Assembly (NCBI GenBank): GCA_043228905.1
Contig: JBHGNT010000059.1
Coordinates: 62,001 to 126,000, forward strand
DNA length: 64,000 nt
From: Azolla caroliniana
Lineage: Eukaryota > Plantae > Polypodiophyta
Direction of reading: 5' to 3'
Below, in pieces: positions 1 to 9,878 of this stretch. The position numbers and the translations under genes are program-made. The notes below the pieces were generated by a model. The model searched no databases and was not told the origin of the DNA. It saw only the letters and a program-made list of their open reading frames with translations. Every line of letters starts with the position of its first letter. Position 1 is the stretch's first letter.

Positions 1-237
1 TCTCTTGTTGTCTCTGTAGCGCCTCTCATCGATGGATCCCTCACGACGTCCGCTGCGCCTCTCCTCGTCGACATCCTCCTCCCTACGTCGATCGCGTCTC
101 TCCTCGTCAATGTCTCCCTCTCTTCGTCGATCGCGCCTCTCCTCTTCGCGATCCCGTCCTACAGATCTAGCATTGGCCGCGCCGCAGGCGGCTAGCATGA
201 TAACCGCCATGAGGAATATGATAGTGAGCTTCGCCAT
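1..237 (-). CDS. 5' part of 2S-albumin-like R/E/D-rich secreted protein, cut by window edge
   Basis: Identical to 2201-2437; ATG at 237. Confidence 0.85.
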   Translation of the reverse strand, partial: MAKLTIIFLMAVIMLAACGAANARSVGRDREEERRDRRREGDIDEERRDRRREEDVDEERRSGRREGSIDERRYRDNKR

Positions 238-1360
238 TGCTTGTGTTCGGAACTACCCCGGTTCTCTCTCCGCCTATTTGAGTGTGTCATGGTTGATCCA
301 CCCTTATATACACAAGGCCATGCATGTCTAGTACATGCATGTCCCTTCCCACGTCCATTCCTATAGACGTTAATGGCATGATCCATACTTGGGCCACGGA
401 AGAGACCATTCACTTTTCACCACCCCCCTTTACGTGTCCAGGATCCTCCTGCTTCGACCTACCATATCACTAGCCCTATACTCACCTCCATCACACCAGG
501 AGTGGGATTATGCACTTGGGCATTTCAAATCTACTAACCTATGGACGCTTCGTCCATATTGCAACGTAGACAGTATGTAACCTCATGATAGCCACCTACA
601 CATGTGATGCCATTGAGGTTGTAGAGTGCGTATGGGCCTCGTAAAACGAGGATAAGGTGGTGAGAAAAGGTTTTTAGGGTGTTGGTTCTCTCCACGAAAA
701 CGTGCTCGGTGGTTGTGGCCACGAGGGAGTTTAGAATCCATTGCGACCAACATACGGACGACGACACGCGTTTTCATTGTGATTACAAGATCCGTCGTCG
801 TTGTGGACGCTGCAACCACCGGAGGAATATGAAGGTGGCACCATTCAAGGACAACATTTCTAGGTGAAACATGCGTGGGTTGGTTGGTTCACACGATGAT
901 GAAAATGGTAGATAGACATGGGAATGTCATGTGGAATCATGTTTGTAGTAGGAGTTACGATCAGCCACTACTATTGCGCACATCATGGTACGGCGAGACA
1001 CGGCATTGTACGAGGGTGGCTTCAATACAACATTGTGATGGCATCGACGTTTGACGAGTTTCGCGTTGCTCGCGAGAGAGATAGCGATAGATGGATAGCG
1101 ATAGATATAGGTAGGGTGGGAGTGGGTAGTGTGCGTGTGGGCACGTTACCTAATCATGCGTGCGTGGAGTTTCATTTTGCTTGTGCAATGAGCGAGCGAG
1201 GGCACGCGACCTGATCGTGCGTGCGTGCGTGCGTGTTGTGCGCGAGCGTGGGAGAAATATGATTGAGAGGGTTATGAGAACGTCAAGACACCACACAGAG
1301 CACACCATTTACATTTACGATGTTCAGAAAGTGTATAGTTGAAAAAGTTATGTACGTTCT

Positions 1361-2437
1361 TTAAAAGTGGCGAATACAAGCGCGTGGGCGAAGATCACAT
1401 TGTTGGAGAAGGCGAGAGGTTGCCACGCTTAGAAGTTGTTCCTCCTCACCGGCCTTGAAACGACGACGTTGTTCCTCATCTTGTCGTCCGGTCATGCGAT
1501 AACGGCGCTCGTCCTCCTCGCGCTCGCTACTGTCTCTCTCTCGCTCGGCATCCTCTTCCCATTGACGACGTTCCCTTGACACTTGGCTATGGCGGTGACC
1601 ATCATTGCGTGCCTCTTCTCCGCTAATGTATAAGGCCTCGCGGAGGCGGTTGCAACGCTCTTCTACGGGGATTTGTTCCACGTTCCTGCAGCATCTTTCG
1701 GAGGGCCTTGCATATCGGCTGATTTCATCCCAAGAGGTGCGACGGCTTCGTCCACGTTCTTCCTTCTCATTACGTTCTTGTAGGTGGCGGACCTGCCCAT
1801 CGACGAAGTTTTGGCACTCTTGCCTCAACTCTCGGTCTCGTGGCTCATCGCGATCGCGGCCGCGACGATCCCGTTCCTCTTCGGACTCTCTCTTGTTGTC
1901 TCTGCGACGTCCTTCATCGAGGGATCCTTCACGACGTCGGTCGCGCCTCTCCTGCTCGACATCCTCCTCCCTACGTCGATCGCGCCTCTCGTCGCGTGAC
2001 TCATCACGATCGCGACCGCGACGATCCCGTTCCTCTTCGGACTCTCTCTTGTTGTCTCCGTAGCGCCCCTCCTCGATGGACCCCTCGCGACGTCCCCCGC
2101 GCCTCTCCTCATCGAAATCCTCCTCCCTGCGTCGATCGCGCCTCTCCTCACGTGGCTCATCGCGATCGTGACTGCGACGATCCCGGTCCTCATCCGACCC
2201 TCTCTTGTTGTCTCTGTAGCGCCTCTCATCGATGGATCCCTCACGACGTCCGCTGCGCCTCTCCTCGTCGACATCCTCCTCCCTACGTCGATCGCGTCTC
2301 TCCTCGTCAATGTCTCCCTCTCTTCGTCGATCGCGCCTCTCCTCTTCGCGATCCCGTCCTACAGATCTAGCATTGGCCGCGCCGCAGGCGGCTAGCATGA
2401 TAACCGCCATGAGGAATATGATAGTGAGCTTCGCCAT
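1361..2437 (-). CDS. Secreted Arg/Glu/Asp-rich 2S-albumin/prolamin-superfamily-like protein (putative storage protein), 358 aa
   Basis: Hydrophobic signal peptide MAKLTIIFLMAVIMLAACGAANA; R/E/D repeats at aa 32-200; Cys at 208, 249, 250, 262, 347, 354 (CC-x11-C, and LLQQCDLRPRAC resembling the 2S albumin C-terminal LPxxCNLxPxxC); TATA/RY/ABRE upstream. The ORF is secure; the product call is inference. Confidence 0.85.
   Translation of the reverse strand: MAKLTIIFLMAVIMLAACGAANARSVGRDREEERRDRRREGDIDEERRDRRREEDVDEERRSGRREGSIDERRYRDNKRGSDEDRDRRSHDRDEPREERRDRRREEDFDEERRGGRREGSIEEGRYGDNKRESEEERDRRGRDRDESRDERRDRRREEDVEQERRDRRREGSLDEGRRRDNKRESEEERDRRGRDRDEPRDRELRQECQNFVDGQVRHLQERNEKEERGRSRRTSWDEISRYARPSERCCRNVEQIPVEERCNRLREALYISGEEARNDGHRHSQVSRERRQWEEDAERERDSSEREEDERRYRMTGRQDEEQRRRFKAGEEEQLLSVATSRLLQQCDLRPRACIRHF
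1838..2344 (-). repeat. Intragenic hierarchical repeat: 39-bp (13-aa) subunits grouped into three 156-bp (52-aa) units
   Basis: TCTCTTGTTG recurs at 1889, 2045, 2201 (156-bp period); EERRDRRREEDVD-type 13-mers. Present in every copy. Confidence 0.9.
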
Positions 2438-2500
2438 TGCTTGTGTTCGGAACTACCCCGGTTCTCTCTCCGCCTATTTGAGTGTGTCATGGTTGATCCA

Positions 2501-2638
2501 CCCTTATATACACAAGGCCATGCATGTCTAGTACATGCATGTCCCTTCCCACGTCCATTCCTATAGACGTTAATGGCATGATCCATACTTGGGCCACGGA
2601 AGAGACCATTCACTTTTCACCACCCCCCTTTACGTGTC
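2501..2638 (-). promoter_or_regulatory. Maturation-type promoter: TATA, two RY elements, two ABRE/ACGT boxes (repeated in each unit, e.g. 301-438)
   Basis: TATATAAGGG on the minus strand at 2501-2510; CATGCATG at 2519-2526 and 2534-2541; ACGTGG (minus) at 2549-2554; TACGTGTC at 2631-2638. Confidence 0.8.
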
Positions 2639-3560
2639 CAGGATCCTCCTGCTTCGACCTACCATATCACTAGCCCTATACTCACCTCCATCACACCAGG
2701 AGTGGGATTATGCACTTGGGCATTTCAAATCTACTAACCTATGGACGCTTCGTCCATATTGCAACGTAGACAGTATGTAACCTCATGATAGCCACCTACA
2801 CATGTGATGCCATTGAGGTTGTAGAGTGCGTATGGGCCTCGTAAAACGAGGATAAGGTGGTGAGAAAAGGTTTTTAGGGTGTTGGTTCTCTCCACGAAAA
2901 CGTGCTCGGTGGTTGTGGCCACGAGGGAGTTTAGAATCCATTGCGACCAACATACGGACGACGACACGCGTTTTCATTGTGATTACAAGATCCGTCGTCG
3001 TTGTGGACGCTGCAACCACCGGAGGAATATGAAGGTGGCACCATTCAAGGACAACATTTCTAGGTGAAACATGCGTGGGTTGGTTGGTTCACACGATGAT
3101 GAAAATGGTAGATAGACATGGGAATGTCATGTGGAATCATGTTTGTAGTAGGAGTTACGATCAGCCACTACTATTGCGCACATCATGGTACGGCGAGACA
3201 CGGCATTGTACGAGGGTGGCTTCAATACAACATTGTGATGGCATCGACGTTTGACGAGTTTCGCGTTGCTCGCGAGAGAGATAGCGATAGATGGATAGCG
3301 ATAGATATAGGTAGGGTGGGAGTGGGTAGTGTGCGTGTGGGCACGTTACCTAATCATGCGTGCGTGGAGTTTCATTTTGCTTGTGCAATGAGCGAGCGAG
3401 GGCACGCGACCTGATCGTGCGTGCGTGCGTGCGTGTTGTGCGCGAGCGTGGGAGAAATATGATTGAGAGGGTTATGAGAACGTCAAGACACCACACAGAG
3501 CACACCATTTACATTTACGATGTTCAGAAAGTGTATAGTTGAAAAAGTTATGTACGTTCT

Positions 3561-4637
3561 TTAAAAGTGGCGAATACAAGCGCGTGGGCGAAGATCACAT
3601 TGTTGGAGAAGGCGAGAGGTTGCCACGCTTAGAAGTTGTTCCTCCTCACCGGCCTTGAAACGACGACGTTGTTCCTCATCTTGTCGTCCGGTCATGCGAT
3701 AACGGCGCTCGTCCTCCTCGCGCTCGCTACTGTCTCTCTCTCGCTCGGCATCCTCTTCCCATTGACGACGTTCCCTTGACACTTGGCTATGGCGGTGACC
3801 ATCATTGCGTGCCTCTTCTCCGCTAATGTATAAGGCCTCGCGGAGGCGGTTGCAACGCTCTTCTACGGGGATTTGTTCCACGTTCCTGCAGCATCTTTCG
3901 GAGGGCCTTGCATATCGGCTGATTTCATCCCAAGAGGTGCGACGGCTTCGTCCACGTTCTTCCTTCTCATTACGTTCTTGTAGGTGGCGGACCTGCCCAT
4001 CGACGAAGTTTTGGCACTCTTGCCTCAACTCTCGGTCTCGTGGCTCATCGCGATCGCGGCCGCGACGATCCCGTTCCTCTTCGGACTCTCTCTTGTTGTC
4101 TCTGCGACGTCCTTCATCGAGGGATCCTTCACGACGTCGGTCGCGCCTCTCCTGCTCGACATCCTCCTCCCTACGTCGATCGCGCCTCTCGTCGCGTGAC
4201 TCATCACGATCGCGACCGCGACGATCCCGTTCCTCTTCGGACTCTCTCTTGTTGTCTCCGTAGCGCCCCTCCTCGATGGACCCCTCGCGACGTCCCCCGC
4301 GCCTCTCCTCATCGAAATCCTCCTCCCTGCGTCGATCGCGCCTCTCCTCACGTGGCTCATCGCGATCGTGACTGCGACGATCCCGGTCCTCATCCGACCC
4401 TCTCTTGTTGTCTCTGTAGCGCCTCTCATCGATGGATCCCTCACGACGTCCGCTGCGCCTCTCCTCGTCGACATCCTCCTCCCTACGTCGATCGCGTCTC
4501 TCCTCGTCAATGTCTCCCTCTCTTCGTCGATCGCGCCTCTCCTCTTCGCGATCCCGTCCTACAGATCTAGCATTGGCCGCGCCGCAGGCGGCTAGCATGA
4601 TAACCGCCATGAGGAATATGATAGTGAGCTTCGCCAT
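3561..4637 (-). CDS. 2S-albumin-like R/E/D-rich secreted protein, 358 aa
   Basis: Protein identical to the 1361-2437 copy. Confidence 0.85.
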   Translation of the reverse strand: MAKLTIIFLMAVIMLAACGAANARSVGRDREEERRDRRREGDIDEERRDRRREEDVDEERRSGRREGSIDERRYRDNKRGSDEDRDRRSHDRDEPREERRDRRREEDFDEERRGGRREGSIEEGRYGDNKRESEEERDRRGRDRDESRDERRDRRREEDVEQERRDRRREGSLDEGRRRDNKRESEEERDRRGRDRDEPRDRELRQECQNFVDGQVRHLQERNEKEERGRSRRTSWDEISRYARPSERCCRNVEQIPVEERCNRLREALYISGEEARNDGHRHSQVSRERRQWEEDAERERDSSEREEDERRYRMTGRQDEEQRRRFKAGEEEQLLSVATSRLLQQCDLRPRACIRHF

Positions 4638-5760
4638 TGCTTGTGTTCGGAACTACCCCGGTTCTCTCTCCGCCTATTTGAGTGTGTCATGGTTGATCCA
4701 CCCTTATATACACAAGGCCATGCATGTCTAGTACATGCATGTCCCTTCCCACGTCCATTCCTATAGACGTTAATGGCATGATCCATACTTGGGCCACGGA
4801 AGAGACCATTCACTTTTCACCACCCCCCTTTACGTGTCCAGGATCCTCCTGCTTCGACCTACCATATCACTAGCCCTATACTCACCTCCATCACACCAGG
4901 AGTGGGATTATGCACTTGGGCATTTCAAATCTACTAACCTATGGACGCTTCGTCCATATTGCAACGTAGACAGTATGTAACCTCATGATAGCCACCTACA
5001 CATGTGATGCCATTGAGGTTGTAGAGTGCGTATGGGCCTCGTAAAACGAGGATAAGGTGGTGAGAAAAGGTTTTTAGGGTGTTGGTTCTCTCCACGAAAA
5101 CGTGCTCGGTGGTTGTGGCCACGAGGGAGTTTAGAATCCATTGCGACCAACATACGGACGACGACACGCGTTTTCATTGTGATTACAAGATCCGTCGTCG
5201 TTGTGGACGCTGCAACCACCGGAGGAATATGAAGGTGGCACCATTCAAGGACAACATTTCTAGGTGAAACATGCGTGGGTTGGTTGGTTCACACGATGAT
5301 GAAAATGGTAGATAGACATGGGAATGTCATGTGGAATCATGTTTGTAGTAGGAGTTACGATCAGCCACTACTATTGCGCACATCATGGTACGGCGAGACA
5401 CGGCATTGTACGAGGGTGGCTTCAATACAACATTGTGATGGCATCGACGTTTGACGAGTTTCGCGTTGCTCGCGAGAGAGATAGCGATAGATGGATAGCG
5501 ATAGATATAGGTAGGGTGGGAGTGGGTAGTGTGCGTGTGGGCACGTTACCTAATCATGCGTGCGTGGAGTTTCATTTTGCTTGTGCAATGAGCGAGCGAG
5601 GGCACGCGACCTGATCGTGCGTGCGTGCGTGCGTGTTGTGCGCGAGCGTGGGAGAAATATGATTGAGAGGGTTATGAGAACGTCGAGACACCACACAGAG
5701 CACACCATTTACATTTACGATGTTCAGAAAGTGTATAGTTGAAAAAGTTATGTACGTTCT

Positions 5761-6837
5761 TTAAAAGTGGCGAATACAAGCGCGTGGGCGAAGATCACAT
5801 TGTTGGAGAAGGCGAGAGGTTGCCACGCTTAGAAGTTGTTCCTCCTCACCGGCCTTGAAACGACGACGTTGTTCCTCATCTTGTCGTCCGGTCATGCGAT
5901 AACGGCGCTCGTCCTCCTCGCGCTCGCTACTGTCTCTCTCTCGCTCGGCATCCTCTTCCCATTGACGACGTTCCCTTGACACTTGGCTATGGCGGTGACC
6001 ATCATTGCGTGCCTCTTCTCCGCTAATGTATAAGGCCTCGCGGAGGCGGTTGCAACGCTCTTCTACGGGGATTTGTTCCACGTTCCTGCAGCATCTTTCG
6101 GAGGGCCTTGCATATCGGCTGATTTCATCCCAAGAGGTGCGACGGCTTCGTCCACGTTCTTCCTTCTCATTACGTTCTTGTAGGTGGCGGACCTGCCCAT
6201 CGACGAAGTTTTGGCACTCTTGCCTCAACTCTCGGTCTCGTGGCTCATCGCGATCGCGGCCGCGACGATCCCGTTCCTCTTCGGACTCTCTCTTGTTGTC
6301 TCTGCGACGTCCTTCATCGAGGGATCCTTCACGACGTCGGTCGCGCCTCTCCTGCTCGACATCCTCCTCCCTACGTCGATCGCGCCTCTCGTCGCGTGAC
6401 TCATCACGATCGCGACCGCGACGATCCCGTTCCTCTTCGGACTCTCTCTTGTTGTCTCCGTAGCGCCCCTCCTCGATGGACCCCTCGCGACGTCCCCCGC
6501 GCCTCTCCTCATCGAAATCCTCCTCCCTGCGTCGATCGCGCCTCTCCTCACGTGGCTCATCGCGATCGTGACTGCGACGATCCCGGTCCTCATCCGACCC
6601 TCTCTTGTTGTCTCTGTAGCGCCTCTCATCGATGGATCCCTCACGACGTCCGCTGCGCCTCTCCTCGTCGACATCCTCCTCCCTACGTCGATCGCGTCTC
6701 TCCTCGTCAATGTCTCCCTCTCTTCGTCGATCGCGCCTCTCCTCTTCGCGATCCCGTCCTACAGATCTAGCATTGGCCGCGCCGCAGGCGGCTAGCATGA
6801 TAACCGCCATGAGGAATATGATAGTGAGCTTCGCCAT
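5761..6837 (-). CDS. 2S-albumin-like R/E/D-rich secreted protein, 358 aa
   Basis: Protein identical to the 1361-2437 copy. Confidence 0.85.
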   Translation of the reverse strand: MAKLTIIFLMAVIMLAACGAANARSVGRDREEERRDRRREGDIDEERRDRRREEDVDEERRSGRREGSIDERRYRDNKRGSDEDRDRRSHDRDEPREERRDRRREEDFDEERRGGRREGSIEEGRYGDNKRESEEERDRRGRDRDESRDERRDRRREEDVEQERRDRRREGSLDEGRRRDNKRESEEERDRRGRDRDEPRDRELRQECQNFVDGQVRHLQERNEKEERGRSRRTSWDEISRYARPSERCCRNVEQIPVEERCNRLREALYISGEEARNDGHRHSQVSRERRQWEEDAERERDSSEREEDERRYRMTGRQDEEQRRRFKAGEEEQLLSVATSRLLQQCDLRPRACIRHF

Positions 6838-7960
6838 TGCTTGTGTTCGGAACTACCCCGGTTCTCTCTCCGCCTATTTGAGTGTGTCATGGTTGATCCA
6901 CCCTTATATACACAAGGCCATGCATGTCTAGTACATGCATGTCCCTTCCCACGTCCATTCCTATAGACGTTAATGGCATGATCCATACTTGGGCCACGGA
7001 AGAGACCATTCACTTTTCACCACCCCCCTTTACGTGTCCAGGATCCTCCTGCTTCGACCTACCATATCACTAGCCCTATACTCACCTCCATCACACCAGG
7101 AGTGGGATTATGCACTTGGGCATTTCAAATCTACTAACCTATGGACGCTTCGTCCATATTGCAACGTAGACAGTATGTAACCTCATGATAGCCACCTACA
7201 CATGTGATGCCATTGAGGTTGTAGAGTGCGTATGGGCCTCGTAAAACGAGGATAAGGTGGTGAGAAAAGGTTTTTAGGGTGTTGGTTCTCTCCACGAAAA
7301 CGTGCTCGGTGGTTGTGGCCACGAGGGAGTTTAGAATCCATTGCGACCAACATACGGACGACGACACGCGTTTTCATTGTGATTACAAGATCCCTCGTCG
7401 TTGTGGACGCTGCAACCACCGGAGGAATATGAAGGTGGCACCATTCAAGGACAACATTTCTAGGTGAAACATGCGTGGGTTGGTTGGTTCACACGATGAT
7501 GAAAATGGTAGATAGACATGGGAATGTCATGTGGAATCATGTTTGTAGTAGGAGTTACGATCAGCCACTACTATTGCGCACATCATGGTACGGCGAGACA
7601 CGGCATTGTATGAGGGTGGCTTCAATACAACATTGTGATGGCATCGACGTTTGACGAGTTTTGCGTTGCTCGTGAGAGAGATAGCGATAGATGGATAGCG
7701 ATAGATATAGGTAGGGTGGGAGTGGGTAGTGTGCGTGTGGGCACGTTACCTAATCATGCGTGCGTGGAGTTTCATTTTGCTTGTGCAATGAGCGAGCGAG
7801 GGCACGCGACCTGATCGTGCGTGCGTGCGTGCGTGTTGTGCGCGAGCGTGGGAGAAATATGATTGAGAGGGTTATGAGAACGTCAAGACACCACACAGAG
7901 CACACCATTTACATTTACGATGTTCAGAAAGTGTATAGTTGAAAAAGTTATGTACGTTCT

Positions 7961-8527
7961 TTAAAAGTGGCGAATACAAGCGCGTGGGCGAAGATCACAT
8001 TGTTGGAGAAGGCGAGAGGTTGCCACGCTTAGAAGTTGTTCCTCCTCACCGGCCTTGAAACGACGACGTTGTTCCTCATCTTGTCGTCCGGTCATGCGAT
8101 AACGGCGCTCGTCCTCCTCGCGCTCGCTACTGTCTCTCTCTCGCTCGGCATCCTCTTCCCATTGACGACGTTCCCTTGACACTTGGCTATGGCGGTGACC
8201 ATCATTGCGTGCCTCTTCTCCGCTAATGTATAAGGCCTCGCGGAGGCGGTTGCAACGCTCTTCTACGGGGATTTGTTCCACGTTCCTGCAGCATCTTTCG
8301 GAGGGCCTTGCATATCGGCTGATTTCATCCCAAGAGGTGCGACGGCTTCGTCCACGTTCTTCCTTCTCATTACGTTCTTGTAGGTGGCGGACCTGCCCAT
8401 CGACGAAGTTTTGGCACTCTTGCCTCAACTCTCGGTCTCGTGGCTCATCGCGATCGCGGCCGCGACGATCCCGTTCCTCTTCGGACTCTCTCTTGTTGTC
8501 TCTGCGACGTCCTTCATCGAGGGATCC
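7961..8527 (-). pseudogene. 3' half of the array gene copy split by the chromovirus insertion
   Basis: Matches the CDS from GSLDEG to the stop; broken at TSD GATCC 8523-8527. Confidence 0.95.
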
Positions 8528-8981
8528 TGTTACGAGCATGACCATATAATATCCCGTGGTAAGAATTTACCGTAGTAATCTATACACGTGGATAAGTGTG
8601 AGGGTTAAATGAGAGTGTAAAGAAGGGGAGGATTACTTTTATCCTCGGGATTGAGACAACCCATTAGGTCAAGTGTGAACTTGCATGGGGGCCTTGGGTA
8701 TCGCTATAAATAAGAGGCCTAGCTACCCTCATTTGATCATGTTTTGACTACATCGAGACTCTGCTCGTGTGGTGGGTCAACTCTTGTAGCGAGCGCGCCA
8801 GCACCAGGTACGACTCGACGCCACGGCGGTGGTATGGGACGCCGATCGAGGCTCGAGTCCGTCTCGATCCCTTCGCTCGGGGGTGGTCGGGTGGATCGGC
8901 ACCCTTCTTTCTCTTTCTCCTTTCTATCTATCTTTTCATTATCCTTATCTTAAGCTTACATTAGTATCAAGATCTATAATA
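8528..8981 (+). repeat. 5' LTR, outer chromovirus
   Basis: TGTTACGAG...CTATAATA; matches 22112-22565. Confidence 0.96.
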
Positions 8982-9239
8982 TTTGGTATCAAATTTTATG
9001 TACTAATGTTTCTTTGTTTTTCATTTGTCTTTTGATTGATGCTGATCGATCGTTGTGCGGTTGGCCTTGATCCAGACAACGATCAACAAAGAACTTCGGT
9101 AACTCTTTCCAGAATTTTTCTTTCTATTCTCTCTTCTCCCATCTAATCATGTGTTTAGTTTATATGTAATTTTTTTCATTAAGTCAATGATGTTGTAGTG
9201 GTCTTTAATTGATTATCTAAAACGTTTACATATGTGCAC

Positions 9240-9420
9240 GAGGTCAATACCTCGTTTGACATGTTAATAATATGTGATGAGTGTCGTATGCGTACGAGGT
9301 TAATACCTCAATTACGTATTACGTTCACGAACATATGTTACGTTTGCGTATGAGTTTAATACCTTGATTTGTTGTAAACGATATGCGTTTGGTCTCGTAT
9401 GCGTAAGAGGTCAATACCTC
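9240..9420 (+). repeat. ~56-bp degenerate tandem repeat with GAGGT-N4-ACCTC hairpins in the chromovirus leader
   Basis: Hairpins at 9240, 9296, 9352, 9407, with a fifth at 16491 after the nested insert; five in the inner copy at 10135-10377. Confidence 0.75.
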
Positions 9421-9423
9421 CAT

Positions 9424-9878
9424 TGTTACGGGCATGACCATATAATATCCCGTGGTAAGAATTTACCGTAGTATTCTATACACGTGGATAAGTGTGAGGG
9501 TTAAATGAGAGTGTAAAGAAGGGGAGGATTACTTTTAATCCTCGGGATTGAGACAACCCATTAGGTCAAGTGTGAACTTGCCTGGGGGCCTTGGGTATCG
9601 CTATAAATAAGAGGCCTAGCTACCCTCATTTGATCATCTTTTGACTACATCGAGACTCTGCTCGTGTGGTGGGTCAACTCTTGTAGCGAGCGCGCCAGCA
9701 CCAGGTACGACTCGACGCCACGGCGGTGGTATGGGACGCCGATCGAGGCTCGAGTCCGTCTCGATCCCTTCGCTCGGGGGTGGTCGGGTGGATCGGCACC
9801 CTTCTTTCTCTTTCTCCTTTCTATCTATCTTTTCATTATCCTTATCTTAAGCTTACATTAGTACTATGATCTATAATA
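9424..9878 (+). repeat. 5' LTR, inner chromovirus
   Basis: TGTTACGGG...CTATAATA; matches 15986-16440. Confidence 0.96.

Larger units (their letters stand above)
1..8527. repeat. 2200-bp tandem gene array, segment 1
   Basis: Sequence and ORF set recur at an exact 2200-bp period (CDS stops at 1361, 3561, 5761, 7961). Confidence 0.99.

Noticed and set aside
785-845. Spacer similarity to the gene start (GAGGAATATGA..GTG..CCATT), a possible paralog relic
   Set aside because: Only an ~11-nt exact core; chance cannot be excluded without an alignment.
389-1342. Short spacer ORFs (60-98 aa)
   Set aside because: No recognisable motifs; some are broken by SNPs or indels in other units, e.g. the 98-aa ORF.
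1361-2437. SR/U1-70K-like splicing factor, trichohyalin or LEA call based on R/E/D composition
   Set aside because: No RRM; signal peptide and prolamin-type Cys spacing fit better; such hits would be low-complexity artefacts.
1605-2531. Plus-strand and alternate-frame ORFs overlapping the array gene (152, 176, 161, 99, 75, 71 aa)
   Set aside because: Shadows of a GC-rich repetitive CDS; their recurrence only reflects the tandem repeat.
7961-8545. 194-aa ORF starting at an ATG inside the LTR
   Set aside because: Chance in-frame start; no signal peptide and no evidence of a promoter.
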